In this document: positions 36,001-50,300 of the stretch, in pieces
How positions within the stretch are numbered: the first letter of the stretch is position 1
Layout: each line of letters opens with the position of its first letter
NCBI GenBank assembly: GCA_030704615.1
Contig: CM060734.1
Location: 49,104,001-49,168,000, forward strand
DNA length: 64,000 nt
Source of the DNA: Takakia lepidozioides
Lineage: Eukaryota; Plantae; Bryophyta
Direction of reading: 5' to 3'
Notes under the pieces: generated by a model
Told to the model about the DNA's origin: nothing
Databases searched by the model: none
The model's input: only the letters and a program-made list of their open reading frames with translations
Made by a program: the position numbers and the translations under genes

Positions 36001-37391
36001 CCGAATAAGGATGTTGCTGTTGGCAAAGACGCATGTGTGTTCCCACAGCATATACCAAGCATGTGGTGTGATGGTTATATTATTTGGTCAACTGTTCAAA
36101 GGCTTAACATTATTCTCTTTTTAAATGGTGAATTACCCTTTAGTTAGTTATACCAGGGCTTAGGATGTTGATAAGCTTGCTAATGTCTCCAGACGTCAAG
36201 CAGAATTCTAGTGTTGAGGGTACTAACTCTTTTAATAATTCAAGAAGTTGAACTATTGTAGGTAACTTTGTTGATAAACAGCACAAGGTGTTGCTACACT
36301 TGCTCATTTATTTGAAATCTTCCAGTTTATTTCTAGGCTCATTTCCACCTAATGCCCATGCCCACTCCTACCTAATGACTATGTGGGAAATAGTTTGTCG
36401 GCCTTGTGGATGCTATGTGCATTGTTGTTGCACACATGCTGTAGAGGCTACTTTTCCAAAGATTGCTGGATGTTCTATTTGGAGTAATGTGTAGAAGAGA
36501 AATGATGCAATACTTCAGATATGGGATTATGGCATGACAGTATACTCTACAGGAATTTTCAACTATGTTGGCTGAAAGTTGCATGATTTTGATGGAGATG
36601 TGTGCTGTGTGACCAGGGGACTAGTCGACCTGCACACTATCATGTGCTTTGGGATGAGAACAAGTTTTCAGCCGACAGTTTACAATCTCTGACCAATAAT
36701 CTGTGCTACACGTATGGGCTTCTACTTTCATATGAAAACTCGCGTTAGGAATTTCATATATTTTCACTAATCTTTTTTGTTAATCTTGCTGTTAGGATGG
36801 TCTAATTTCTCAATCTCGTCGATTGCACTCTGATATACTTTATTCTAGTAAGGCCCTTCTTTGGCCTTAACCTTTTTTATTGTCCATTCTATGACGAGTT
36901 TGGATGCTAATTATCTATCGTGGTTTTCTAACAGCTATGCTCGATGCACCCGTTCTGTTTCGATTGGTAAGTGCCCCCTATATTGTCAAAAATGGCCTGA
37001 TCCTTGTTATATTTAGCTTGGTCATGTGAGTGATAAAAAATAAATAGTTGACAATCCAGAGGATCCTTTTGTATGCACGTATGCACGTATGCTGTCAGAT
37101 GTAGCTCATTTCTGTATAGTGTCAGAGCTAGTCCACGATTAACGGATTTTTCTGTTTTGTGTTGCAGTACCCCCTGCTTACTATGCACATTTGGCTGCAT
37201 TCCGGGCACGCTTCTACATGGAACCAGAGGCATCCGACAGTGGGTCGTTGACCAGTGGGTTGGGTGCGCCTGGCCGAAGCATGGTCACTAGCTCTACAGC
37301 TTCCCGCACTAATCGGGTGGCCGGTGGAGGGTCTGTTCGGCCACTTCCTCCACTGAAGGAAAATGTGAAGAGAGTAATGTTTTACTGTTGA
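27086..37391 (+). CDS. AGO1: Argonaute, AGO1 clade (about 22 coding exons)
   Basis: MPRRRKT start; PLRPGRG...[19 protein letters not shown]; [18 protein letters not shown]; PAZ region [18 protein letters not shown]; [13 protein letters not shown]; [46 protein letters not shown]; ends [11 protein letters not shown]. The DEDH catalytic residues are present. Likely 5'UTR exon near 25750-25867. Confidence 0.97.
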
Positions 37392-39719
37392 AACCTGGAG
37401 GGTAGCAACAAGATGTGCAGGCCATGCATGACCACGAGTACTTTGTGTAAGTCATGGTCGGTAGTACCAAGGCTTCCTTTACTATCATGTGGCAAGCAGA
37501 GTACCGATCACCACCGTGTACTTGCTGTCGAATCCCTCCCTGAGGGTATAAGTAACAAGATGTTCAAGCCATGTTTTAGGCTGGACCTGATTTCTGGTTT
37601 TACCAACAGTAAAGCCTGATTCCTAGACCTAGGAGCCCATCTCAGTTGAGGTAGTGCCCCTTTTAAGTGACCTTTTTTGCACCTAGTGTACAAGGATTGT
37701 GATGTGAAAATTAGTACCATATGATTGAGGCAGAAAGCTCTGCCTTGTCCTTTGTTCCCACACCCACAAGGCTGCTCTGTACCTGTTGACTTAGATAGGT
37801 TCAAAGAGCATAGTTACAACCAAAAAAGTGTTCTCACAGTTTTGTATGATAGTACTGACTGTTTTGTTGGGCACCACACATTTGTGTGATCCATCTGGAA
37901 GTTCCTGATTTCCTTAAATTGTTGTGAACATGGAGGAGGTTGACTTGAAACTTTCCATCCAGAAATTTTCAAATGTGCCTTCGTTGGTTGTCCATCTCTC
38001 AGATGGAACAGTGTGCACTGCATATGGGGGACAAATGAGTACTTGGAGTTTTATGGTGTAGGTTCATTCAGCATTTGTTCCTGTATGTACATTCAATTAA
38101 ATGTGTGGCTAAACACAGAGAGGGTGTTGTTGGGATCACCTGCAATTCATTGAGAAAGCATGGCATGAAAATGGACCATGAGTAAGTACACAATGGAGCT
38201 ACTTGTAACCTTCCAAAAGTCTTGTAAACTGCAGGAGGTGAAGGACACTCCCTGCTTCTCACAACTGAGAGGGTGGGTCAAAACGTATCCACTACTTCAT
38301 TGGAGCCTGCAAAGATTTGGCTATTGTCTGAGGAAAAATGGAGTGGGGTTGTGTTAATGTGTTTTGTTTTTTAGGTCTGGAAAGGGAGCCAGAGGCTTGA
38401 GGACATTGTTCTTGTGGTCAAAACTTGGGAACCCTGTAAAATCCTTGCATTTGCCAAGGCCCACATTTCAATGAAAACATTTGATTACAAATTATTGCTT
38501 GTTCCCACAGTTTTGCATCTTTCCCATGTACAAGTCACAGTGAGAGTCTCCACTGAAATTGTTGCTTTGTTTCTAGGCCTTTGATGCAGTTGTGAAGTAG
38601 CAAATCCATAGCAAGTAGCATGTTTGGGTCAATGCATGCATGTACAATCCAACCTTCACACTCAGATTCCAAGAGGTATAGATTGACAAGTCATTCATGG
38701 TAGCAACTTGAAACAACCATTTCCAAGGATTTTTATATGCAGGAACTCTTCAACATGCAGATTTGAAGAAGAGTGGGAATGTCGCAAATGTGAAGTACAA
38801 GCTGGATCACAGCGAAAAAAAGCGTGTTTGCAACATCATAGCTGCTTTAAGGGCAAGGGCTCCGTCGAGGTGCAACTTCAAGTTTGCATGGTCCTCTCTG
38901 CCTCTCTTTTTTGGCTGCTTTGCCAAAAGTATTAATAAGTTTTGTTTTCAATTTGTCTTTCAACAGAATAGATGGACAGGTCAGAGGAATCTACCACCAA
39001 AGTGAGAGGGCCATCACTCACTTAGAACCATGATATAAAGAGCTGTCTCTTTCATTCAATCTATCCCATCGACAGTCCAAACAACTTGTTTACATCAAGG
39101 CAAGAAGTGAGCTCCTCACAAAGGCACTGTTTGTGTCATGTGCCTTACACTCAGTGGGGAGAATGTAGTGCTCTTTCACCGTCACCTCAGCCATGGATTA
39201 TCCATAGCTCTGAATTCGCATTCCTTTAAGGTAGAGATGCCAGCCCTTCAGCTCTGCACATGCACTAATGTGACATAGGGCTCATATTCGTATACCATGG
39301 ACGACTGAAACTCCACAGCTGGCACCTAGTCGCTGTATCCAGTCTGTGATAGCCTGTGATAGCCTATGAGCAACAAGTACATCTGAAGAACTTTTGATGA
39401 TCCCACGAGTTCACTCTGAAACTCCTCTTGGAAACTGCAGTTAGGTAAATGAAAAACAAACTTGATGTGTACAGTATTTACAGTTACAACTTTTAAATCT
39501 CCCAAAGCTTTGTCTGTTTCAACTCTGAGACTAACCTATGTCTTCACACAAACTCTTCCCACAACCTGTCAATTTGGCCGTGAGAAGAAAATGCAGAATT
39601 GTTGAGTACCCCTGAACAAGCTGGCATGGCAACTGCACTCTCGGCTTTGCAGAGCTTGGCATGTAGAGTGCCGAAACAAGTCATTGCAGCTCCAAAATAC
39701 CAACTACGTCCTGTATGAG

Positions 39720-40481
39720 CTAGCCCACATGAGGAGATTTCACAACCTTGCGCTCTTTATTGACATAGATGCGAACGCGCTCGATCCTGTAGTCCATGGT
39801 CACAAATGCTCGCTCAGGCACTATCTGAACCTTCAACTGACCATCTTCTGCCTCTATAGTGCTTTTGGCCTCCTCTGCATCTTTCCCTACCAGATCGGGC
39901 CAACTTCTGCTCTCTGTTTTCCCCATACAGACCCCAGCATGCATCGGAATACCGAAGTTAGATAGAGCCTCCCACAGGAAACTAGATTCCAAAGATACAG
40001 GCAAGGTTGACCATAACGACACATAACCAGACTGTGCTGAGAATTTCTATCATGCGTTCTACCGAGATCAAGGGAAGTCAGGTCGACCAAATTTCACACA
40101 CGGCCACCACCGTGTTACTTCTGTGATGGCAAAAGGAGGCAGCAGTTCAACCCTTGACCTAATACGTCAAGGTATGAAGAAAATGACTGTGCATCGTCTG
40201 ATCCAAATATCATCAGCCATTCCAATTGAAAACAACTCTTCCAACAGCCAGGGAATGTCTTCGAGATGGCCAACCAAACTACTTGATTCCACTCGGAAAT
40301 CTCTAGGTTCTTCAGGCCCTACAGCAAAATGCAACAGAGATCAAACAAATGGGTCTGGTCTGGAGAAAGAGAAGTGATGGCAACACGTACTGTGACCAGG
40401 GACCGTCCCCAGACTATTGACGCCGCCCAGGAACGCCATGATTGTCACTACGAGGAATATCAGCGCTATGCTGCTGCGCAT
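39720..40481 (-). CDS. Potato inhibitor I family serine-protease inhibitor with signal peptide
   Basis: Last exon 39913-39720: SRSWPDLVGKDAEEAKSTI...VTMDYRIERVRIYVN..VVKSPHVG*. First exon 40481-40391 encodes MRSSIALIFLVVTIMAFLGGVNS (signal-like) in compatible phase 1. A small middle exon (~40283-40317) is possible. Confidence 0.85.
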
Positions 40482-40815
40482 TGTCTGCTGACGGTCGCTT
40501 TAACCAGGGCACCCCACCCCCACCGTCGTTTCTCCCTCCACGAAATATATTCCTCTCTACTCCTCCTCCCCGGTGTCAATGTTCGCTCTGCAAGCGTTCA
40601 AAAGCTGCTGGTGCTCTGTTTCTGGGACGGTGGTGCTAGCCAGCAGAATGGGTGGGCCATAGCCGTTGTCTTCCAAGTGTCGTCCTCCAGCGGTGGACGT
40701 ATGGGTATGTGTTCCCAACTGAGGAGTTCGCTCGTCAAACGTCCAACCCACGAACACCTTCGGGAGGATTACCACCTTCTCTTCGATGTGTGGATTTGGA
40801 ATTAAAGCACTCGCT

Positions 40816-42247
40816 ATGGCGGACGTGATGCTCCCTGGTTGGGGCTCCCCACCAGCAGCAGCGGCAAAGCTTGGTCGAAGACGGAGGCAAGAATTAGCTA
40901 GCGCGCGAATTGTCTCTTGTAAACTTGACACGAATAGCGTGCGAATGTGCAGCGATGTGTATGTGGCCAGTATGCCCCTACGAGTACCCGCAGGGCCTGC
41001 TCGCTGGGCTCTGGAGGCAGCGGACGCTGTTGGGATGTTCGAAGACATGCAGCATTTCATGACTATTGTGCAGCCCCCCACCGAAGGCAGCCCTGTGCGT
41101 CTCTCTCAACCGGTTTACTTTCCCTCCATTTTATTCTTGTGGTGAGTGGATGGGCCTCCTCTGTCTGATATTCAGCGCCCCAATCCTCGGGCTAGGTAAT
41201 TGGCACTAAGATTGTGACTGCATACATCACATCAAGATAAACACTATTCTGAACGTTCTTTTCCAGGATGGTCAATGTCTATGTCGAGGTATCGTGTTCA
41301 TACCAGACAGTGCTCTTTTGAGCTCTAATATCCTTCCCTCCCTCACTCAAGCATTAGGTACGAGTCCTGCAAGTGTTTCCGATAGAACGAAATGGGAACC
41401 TGACCTAGTGGTCTGGAGTGCTGCGATTTGCAATGTGGACTGATCAATGCTTGGTGATACTCCCCACCAACAACCTTCACGAGTTTGTCCGCGCTATCAA
41501 ATTCCTAGCTGTCTGTCGTTGCAAGACCAGTAACTCTTTGAGGATGGCTGAAACACACGGCCTCATGATTATAATCGGATCAAGCAGCCTGCGATTAGAG
41601 CAGAAGGTGGAATCCATCCTATAAGCTCATGGGGCCTAAACTTATGGAAAGCTAACACAAACACAGACATGGAGAGATATTCTGAGGGTTTAATTCCTGT
41701 TTTTGGCAGTGCATGGTATTTGACTTCCAGCCTCGCAATCCAGAGGATCCATGGGCTGCATTGGCAGTGCTGCTGGGCTGTAGTATTCCTGGTACGATCA
41801 GTGGTTTTTTTTGGATCCATGGTTCTGCTGCTTTGGCATTGCACACGTTTGCTAATTGTAATTGCCAGGAACATTGTTAGCCGGTGTGAGTTCCGGACTC
41901 TTAAGACCTTACCTTTACCGCGAACATACTTTTACTGTGGACACACTTTGTTCCAAGTTTTTCAGTTGTAGCTAGTTTATTGGCCTTGGTATGCAACATC
42001 AGGACCTTACAAGAAAGTTTTCCATCAGATAGAAACTCATTTTGAACATTCAATTTAGTAATTGTAAGGTTTTTGTTGGTAACAGGCGTGGTACAGGAGA
42101 GGACCTTGCAAAAATTGCCAGTCAGACGGTGTTGGTGGATTGGAAACACGCAGCCTGGCAGGAATCTTGAGAGTGCACTTGACTTCAACAGAAGTTGGGA
42201 TCCTGAGCTCCTCGTGGGGATGCATGACTGTCGGCACCATACTCTCG
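40816..42247 (+). CDS. Conserved-looking uncharacterised protein, putative permuted papain-like (PPPDE/LRAT-type) fold, possible transit peptide; final exon not located
   Basis: Exons 40816-41094, 41710-41791 and 42086-42247 join in frame: MQHFMTIV...|CMVFDFQPRNPEDPWAALAVLLGCSIPG|VVQERTLQKLP...DFNRSWDPELLVGMHDCRHHT. Confidence 0.7.
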
Positions 42248-42941
42248 GTACTTCTTCTCCATCTTCCCTTTTTTGTCAATCGACCTAGTGACGTCCTCCT
42301 GCTTCGATCTCCATCTCTGATGGTGTACACAACATGTAGAACCACTTATCTTTGTCCCAAAATCTTGCGTGGCTTGCCCATATGAGGTTAGTACTGTAGC
42401 ATTGGTATTGACTCTTTGGTTATAAGAATGGAGAGAGAGAGACAGAGAGAGGCATTGACCAATGCATGCAATATTTGGTAATGGCATGCACTTGCTCACT
42501 ATCCCACTCCTCCTGGAGCCGGTTGTTGACTTCAGCTCGCCATGATGTATAACCAGAAAAGTTCTGCCACTGGGCACAGCTGAGAACAATCTGGCTACAG
42601 GAAGTGAGGTGTGAGGTGGCGATTCCATTGTACTCGAGACCATGAGGGTAGTTGACGACTACTGCTTTAGTCCCAACCAACAATGTGAAGGGAGTGGGAG
42701 GAGAGGATAGAGGGATCTGTGCTTGTTGCTTGCTGCCTCCAATTCTGGCTGGGATGTACCCTTGAGGGCATAGTCCCCTCAGAATGCTTATTTTCCTGCT
42801 TGGGGATTAGCACACTAAGGTGGCTAAAGGAAAAGCCACAGCAGGAGAACATGCTCTCACTGAGGAGAGAGAGAAGGAAGACTGGAAGATTTCCTCTTAC
42901 CACCGCTGGAGGCATGGAGGTCCATGGGACACAGTAGGACA

Positions 42942-43550
42942 TTATTCTAAAAACACAGAAATCAAAGAATACATCAAACAGCAATTAGACCCCAACAGGG
43001 CCAGGGCTTTAGGCTCAGCCTCAGGATTTTGAAAGTTGGTGAACAGAGTCGCAGGGACAATGTTCTTGATGGTCCTGAAGAGGGTCACTCTCTGGTGAGA
43101 ATATCCCGAAGAATGTATCAGAAAATGGATATTGTCTTCAGGCTGTCCACACATCGGGCAATTACAATCTCCCCTTCCTCTTTGCTTCTGTTTACTGTTC
43201 AAATGTAAGCTTCATGCCCTTAGTTTAAATTTTAGTCTAGTGCTGAGGGTAGGTAGGCCCTTTAGATCATCCTTACGGTCCTCGCCCTTGTAACACGACT
43301 GGAAACAAGTTCAGGGAAGTTTCATGCCTAACAAGAGAGCGAGAGAGAGGGGTGGTGACTTTTTCTTGAAATAAAACTTGTGAGTGTTGATTCCCAGCAA
43401 GTGAGTAGTGGTAGGGATTGGCCAGAGTCAGACTGAAGGTTGTGCATGTTTTGTGAGTGAGAAGTGTTAGGGAGGAAGTTTTGGAAAGTTGAGCTGCAAG
43501 CATGTGTGGAGACTGCATCCACAATGTTGAAATCATAAACAAATATATCT
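42942..43550 (-). mobile_element. Degenerate non-LTR (LINE) ORF2 C-terminal remnant
   Basis: CPMCGQPEDNIHFLIH resembles the C-terminal Zn-knuckle of LINE ORF2. Surrounding frames are interrupted. Confidence 0.45.
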
Positions 43551-46500
43551 TGAATCTTTTGCAGTGTGTTGCTTTATGGAGCTGACCTTGGGAGAATTTG
43601 GGGGACTAGCTCTTGTAGAGTATCTTACAGGTAGAAGGAATGTTCTTACACATCTGAAGGTCGTGCGGAGCAGCTCAAAGTGGGCACCTACCCATCTCCT
43701 CCAGTAGATCCCTACACAGGTTTTGTTTGTGATTATGGCAGCATTGCCACTGGTGAATTGCTCTCAAACATCTTTTTGGTAAGTTCACCTCATCTGGTGC
43801 GTCCTGATGACTGCAATCCTGACTGTCTTGTTGGTGGGTATCACATCTTCTTTTAGGGTTTCTCTGCAAACTACTGCTGACTCAAAAGCATTGATACACA
43901 TCATTTTGTGGAAGTCGAGCTTAATGTTTTGGATAAGAAGGTATTAGGTTATCTTGATTGTTCTTTGAGCCTAAACTTTTCAAACTTGACCTCTCCCCAA
44001 TAGACAATGCTTGCACTTTGGTGGTTGTGTGCTATGTCCACCTTTTGGTAGGTCACTTTTTGTGCTGTAACTGTTAGATTATGGACGGAAAATGGTTAAA
44101 CTTGGCATCTAAACACACAATGGCCGTAAGATTCAGGTTTTCTTGATTGTGTTTCCGTACCAATCAATTTTTTGGTTTTTTGAAAGGGCAGTTGTAGGTC
44201 TATTTTTCTTTTGAGTGTCACTGATGTTCTCTGTTGGATAGCTATGCGAATGGACCGGTGCTTAACATCGGCCAATAATTGGGAGATCATGGTGCTGATA
44301 CTTCTGCTGCCCCCTCCGAAATGGTGAATATGTAAGATGGCTACTGACAACAGTTCCTTCTGCTCAATCAATGCGGCAGGAAGTAAACTGAAGCAGTAAG
44401 TTTTCTTGGATCCAAGGGTTACTCAAACAGACTTGAGCTTGATCGAGTCGAAGAAGGTGCTCAGCTAATTTCACCATGTGCCAGTGTGTCACATGTGGAT
44501 TTTGCTAGCTATCTCTAGCAAGCTTACTGTGATGGCCAAATGGGGAAGGGGATTTTAGCTGACACACGATTTGTAACCTAGGCACAAAAATTTGTGGTTA
44601 ATATTTGTATGGAACTGGTGTGCTCCACTGCTTGCTGAAACTAAGCTAGAAGTCATTTTCAAAATTCTTTGCTTGTATACATATCAGAGCGTCGCAAATA
44701 ATGGCAGTGATATGTCTGGAGCCATGAACATTCAGAGTGATGTATGAAGTCGTAGGTTGTTGGCATTGACATTTTTGTGGCACTGTCCTTACTGCAGGGA
44801 CTTCGTCTCACTTCTTGGTAACCTTTTGAGGAGTATATTGACATGTTTCTCTCGAAGCAACAACGTGCCTCAATCTAAAACGAGGGATTGAGATAAGCAG
44901 AATGGACTGCTTGTATTGGATGTAATCAGGCAAAGGCTACATGTAACCATGTGTTTGTTATCCTTCGTAAGTCCATTCTGGATGCTTAACTTTTGACACA
45001 GATTGGATTTGATTACATCCTGGGATATGGCCACAAATCCAATATAATGTGACTCAGAAAAGTTGTCCGAGTGAATCTTGATCTTAGACCTCCGTAACCT
45101 CGTATGGGAGGATGCCCCCCAGGTCTGGTGTAGGAGCAAATATCTTAGTGGTAGTCTTTATCCTGTGGATGGAGCATGTGCTCATCGCTGGAAAAGGGGC
45201 AGTCTTAACTCTCATTTACGGTCTGTCTCATTTCTCTGTTGTGTACTTTCCTCATCTGAATGATCCATGGTATGTTACGTAGCCGGTGATAGGAGGAACA
45301 TGTGCTTGTGATGACTAGAACTTTGAACGATCTTTGCAACAAATATTCAAATATGCTCACCCAGCTCTTAGCTTCTTTCAACTAGCTTGTTGGGAAGGGT
45401 GGACATTCGGTCTAATGCCCGTAAAAGTGCCCATCAAAATGCGATGAGAAAAAGTGGCACTTTGGGTTTGCTCTTTTTGGTGGGACAGTAACAGGCGGGA
45501 TGGGACGCATAATTCCTCAAAGTGAGAGCGGTACAAAGTGTGAGACTATAATATGGGCTTGCAAAGGACCTGCTCTGCATGTTTCCATCTGTTTTTTTCC
45601 TTGGTCCTTAAAGAAGAGGTCCACACAGGGAAATCTGCAAGAACAAGTTGCTCTTGAGCCGTGTTGACAACGTTTCTAGTCAAAACATGGAGAGTGTACC
45701 ACGGGTTGCCCATCTGACTCTTGTGTGGACTGTACGCCATGGTTCTGTAGTTACTGCAAGTGACTGCTCTGTTCAGAATGAAAACTACTTGTGAGAACGA
45801 TAAGGAATGAAGTTATCCTGAAGATGCACAAATACCACATGCACCTGAGGAGTTTGTTTGCAAAACTCAACAATCTCTAAGCATAAGAACAACTCAATTC
45901 AGGAGGTAACGACAACTATCAAGACCTTATGGTCAGTTCTTCTCATGAGCAAACCACTTTGAAGGCAGCAGAGTATTCATCCGGAAGTCAACATTGTTCC
46001 TTGACAAGCCTCCTGTGGGAGATGGCCCTCCTAACAAAAGCTGTGGTGGTGTAGGCTTTCTTCAATAAAAGGTGGCATTTTTCTGTGTGCCTACGCTGTG
46101 ACTTTCATGACCCCGACTTGTTCACCGATGACTTTGATAGCCCAGGCTTGTTGAGCTGATTGAGGTCTCTATTGTTGACTGAGCCAAGCAAGTAGGAGAT
46201 AGGTCACACTGGTAGAAAATAGCTGTTGACTTATGCTCAGTGTTTTGGCGCGCAATGGAGAGTCAGTTTTTCCAGCTCCTTCTCTACATTCTTTGAACCA
46301 GAAAGGGTATGGTCAAAGCTTTGGGGTGCAGCAACCTTCCGAGTTGTCCAGACCTTCTCAACACTCTTCTCAGAAATATCCACCAAGGGTGATAGCCATG
46401 CAGGTGCTCCCAATGCCACCCGTCTGTGTGTTTCGCACACGCACACATTTCCTTCAAATCTAAATACAGGAGTAGGAGCAGGTAGGTGATTGGCGTGAGG

Positions 46501-47383
46501 CCAGCCATTGAGAGCTACAAAGCTCAATCCTGCTACAGCAGAGCTCACAGGGGAATGAGGCAGCAGGTTTTGGAGATTAGGTTTCACAATGCCCAAGTCC
46601 AAGCCCTTTCAGGCCAAACTGAAAGAATCAAAATAAAAACCTCTAGTCAGGGCAAAGAAGCCTCAACCAGAATAGAACCCTATGATAGAATCAAAGAAGC
46701 CTCTTAGCATTGGTGGTAAGCCATAGCCCCCTGCAGTAAAAGAAGCTCCCCTGCCCAAAGCCAAGTTCTTAGCCTAATAAGAGGGAGTAGCCAATGGCCT
46801 GCACATAATCAGGACAAGTTGGTGTCTCATATCAAGCCCCACATCCCGGTCTGCCTACTTTATCACCCACTCCACCATGTTGGTGAGGAGTCTAATTAGC
46901 TGGCTTAAGCTGGCTGGTACAAGGATTGACAGCCATCCATAGTCACCAGAGAAAGGACAAAACACCCCCAGACAATAACTGCAGGCTCTCCAATGGGCAT
47001 GAGAGAACAATGTTTTACACATCATCAGAAGGCAGTAGCCCTTCGGAGTTAATTGACATCAGGAAGCTACGCTTACTTCGGCAAGAGTCCACATTTTTAT
47101 ATTTTAAGCTTTTTTTAAAGCACATAGTCCTTGTGAATGTGTTCTACAAGTTTAGCCCAAAGCACCCAGTACAATGAATGTAACAAGCCATGCCTCTTCA
47201 TAGGTACCCGATCACCTTTATTGATGTTGCCATTATACTCCATTACACTCCAAGCAGAAGCAGTTCATCATAATGAAACTTATAAAGATACCTTGTGTGC
47301 TACAATTGCACTTTCAAGGCCTACATCAGACCTGCTCACAGAATATTCAGATTCGAACTCGTTCACACATAGTAAAAGATAGC

Positions 47384-50300
47384 TTAAATATTGGATTTAA
47401 GGCCAAGGCGCGATGCAAGCTTCAGCCCCAATGTTTTGTCACACTGTCACAAAAAAAAATGTGTTCAATCAGTTAAATCCTCAGTACCTCACATTCCTTT
47501 CTTTGTACTCCTCACAGAAAGTCTGGTCATTGATTTCACTTCACCAAGTGGAGTGAAAAGGCTCAAAACATCACTGATCATCCATATTTGACAGTTCTCT
47601 ATAATGCCTCTGCATTACAAACACTACTCTCAGGAAGCCCTAGATGAAGACCAGAGCTAACTTTATGCTTAGTGCATATTGTATTACAAAAATAGTGCAT
47701 CTCATGATAGGCACAAGTGAGTTACATCAAAAGTTAATTATGCATATGCCTATCAGCTGCTTACCAAGTCAATGAAAAGCACAAAAAACCCATGAGAAAG
47801 AACTATGACTAGCAAAAAAATGGTATGATAATGCATGCAAAGAAGAAATCTCTCACCTGAGACCAATAGGAGAGCCAGGCACTCTGAACCTCAGGAGTAA
47901 CACGAGCATCTGATAATGACTCCTCCCACATTTTGATGAAGCGCTCTTGCCTGCCCATACCAGTAGACAGTCAACACTTCCGCAATGCACATCAACTGAC
48001 AACACACTACCATGTCTCAAGCCAAATAAGTGACAGCATCTATTCCAGTACTGTATATGGACATTTCGCATCCCTCAACCTCTGTCTCTCTCCCCATTCC
48101 TTCCTCATCGGTATGCACCTTCACTCCCAATACATGTTTGAAGGGTGACATGAGTTCCTGTCTCCCACCTCTAATCAAGCAATAATATAGTGATCCTCAA
48201 GAAGTAATCCACGCAGCAGAACCACTTTAACTACTTGAGAAACTTCAATCTCGACTGGAGAAAATAGATTCCCAGTACTCTGGCTGAAGGATACAATGAA
48301 CCCCCACAATTGAAACTGAAGGCAACTAGGGGAGGAAGTTCAGACACACAGAAAATCAAAACATCTCAATGTGACACCATCGAATCAGTGTCATTGCAAT
48401 TGTAGCCTACCTATCCGGTGCCCATGAACGGAACCTTGCTCCAGGCTGTGCAAAGTTGTTCTCCTTCTCAATCATTACCTGCGATCGAAAGGAACAGCAT
48501 AGGTATTACCCTGACAAAGTCTCATTCAAAGTCTGCTCTGACATTACCCAGTACCTACCAAACATGGCCTACTTTACTTTACTTGCTCTTCCTGTTCTGG
48601 AGTATACATATCCCAAATTTTCACGATCCAATTCCACCCAGCTTAGACTCAAACTTAGCAAGGATCCTCAGTTGTCTCCCTATCTGATACTTGGAAGAAC
48701 TCCTAAAACATTCCAACTCACCTGCCCAAGTTGAACCTGCATTCAGTGTGTATACTGCACTGTATCCAGATACAGCATAGTGGTGGCACCTTGCAGAGAA
48801 TCCACTTAACAGTCTGATTGATTGATTTCACGGAAACCAGTGTCCCATTAACCCTAAAGATGCAATGCAAAGAAGATGAGGCCTGTCTCTCACCAACACA
48901 ACCTGAATAACACAAATTTCTGACCTTCTCACGCCTGCCCGTTATCACATGGGATGGAATTGGAACTCGCTCGGAGTGGCGGACAGGGTCAAAGCGTGAT
49001 GGGAAGTAATTCACCTGTCAGCACAAATCCATATTACTTGGTTTTGTACTAAGGCCAGACTGTTGATAGATCACAGCCCCCAAAACTGCACCATTTACCC
49101 ATGTATGCGTACATTTGTATATGCCTCTCTTTTTCATGACACCAACTGTGATTTGAAAGAAGGCTCCATCCACCGACAGAAAAAACCCACACACTGCTCA
49201 TAACGAGGGGGTCCAGTTAAGGACACAAGAAAGGAAGAATCTATATACTTCAAGCATAACCTTGCATGGAAACAGTGAACTGCAGATGGACTGACCTCCT
49301 CGTCTCTATGCATGAAGTTCATGAAACCTTCGTGGTGGTTGTTGTGGTGGGCACATTTAGGGGCATTCACGGGCAGCATTAAGTAGTTGGGGCCCAAGCG
49401 GTGTCGCTGTGTATCTGCATATGAAAATATGCGGGTTTGCAACATCTTGTCGTCTGTGTAATATACCCCAGGAACCACAATAGCCGGGCAGAAGGCAAGC
49501 TGCTCATTCTCAGCAAAGAAGTTGTCAATATTTTTGTTGAGCACCAAACGCCCCACTGGTTGCAAGGGAAATACTTCCTCTGGCCAGGTCTTGGTGACAT
49601 CCAAAGGATCGAAATCATACTTGTTCTCATCTGCAGGATCCATGGTCTGGATAAAGAGCTTCCACTCTGGGTAATTGCCAGCAGCGATGGAATCGTAAAG
49701 ATCCTTGGTGGCATGGCTATGATTGGAGCCCCCCACGACAACCGCCTCCTCAGCAGTTAGAGTCCTTACCCCACCTGTAGGAAGCCAATGGAACTTGACA
49801 TAGGTTGACTTGCCAGCTTTGTTGATGAGTGTGAATGTGTGCACACCAAATCCTTCCATGTATCGGTAATTCTCTGGAATGCCCACATCATCAAACAAGA
49901 AAGTGAACATGTGGCAGCTCTCTGGGTGGTGAGAAAAGAAGTCCAGAATGCGCCAAATCTCTTGAATGTGGGTCTTGGGGTTGGGCTTCAATGCGTGAAC
50001 CATATCAGGAAACTTAATCCCATCCTTCACAAAGAAGACAGGGAAGTTGTTGCCCACCATATCAAAATTTCCCTGAGAGAAATGCCATGACATGCACAAC
50101 ACAGGACAGCAGCAACACTTGGATTAGTCTTTGACTTCATTTCAGGCCCAATATGATCAATCCTTGCAAATCAGAATTTGGTTTATATTAAAGCTTTTCC
50201 TACAGCCAACTCAAGGCTGGTTGCATATCTGACAGTTTGGATGGGTAATCGTGATACCCTCTGGCCACGACCCTCTGGCCACGACGCCAGGTGATGAAAT

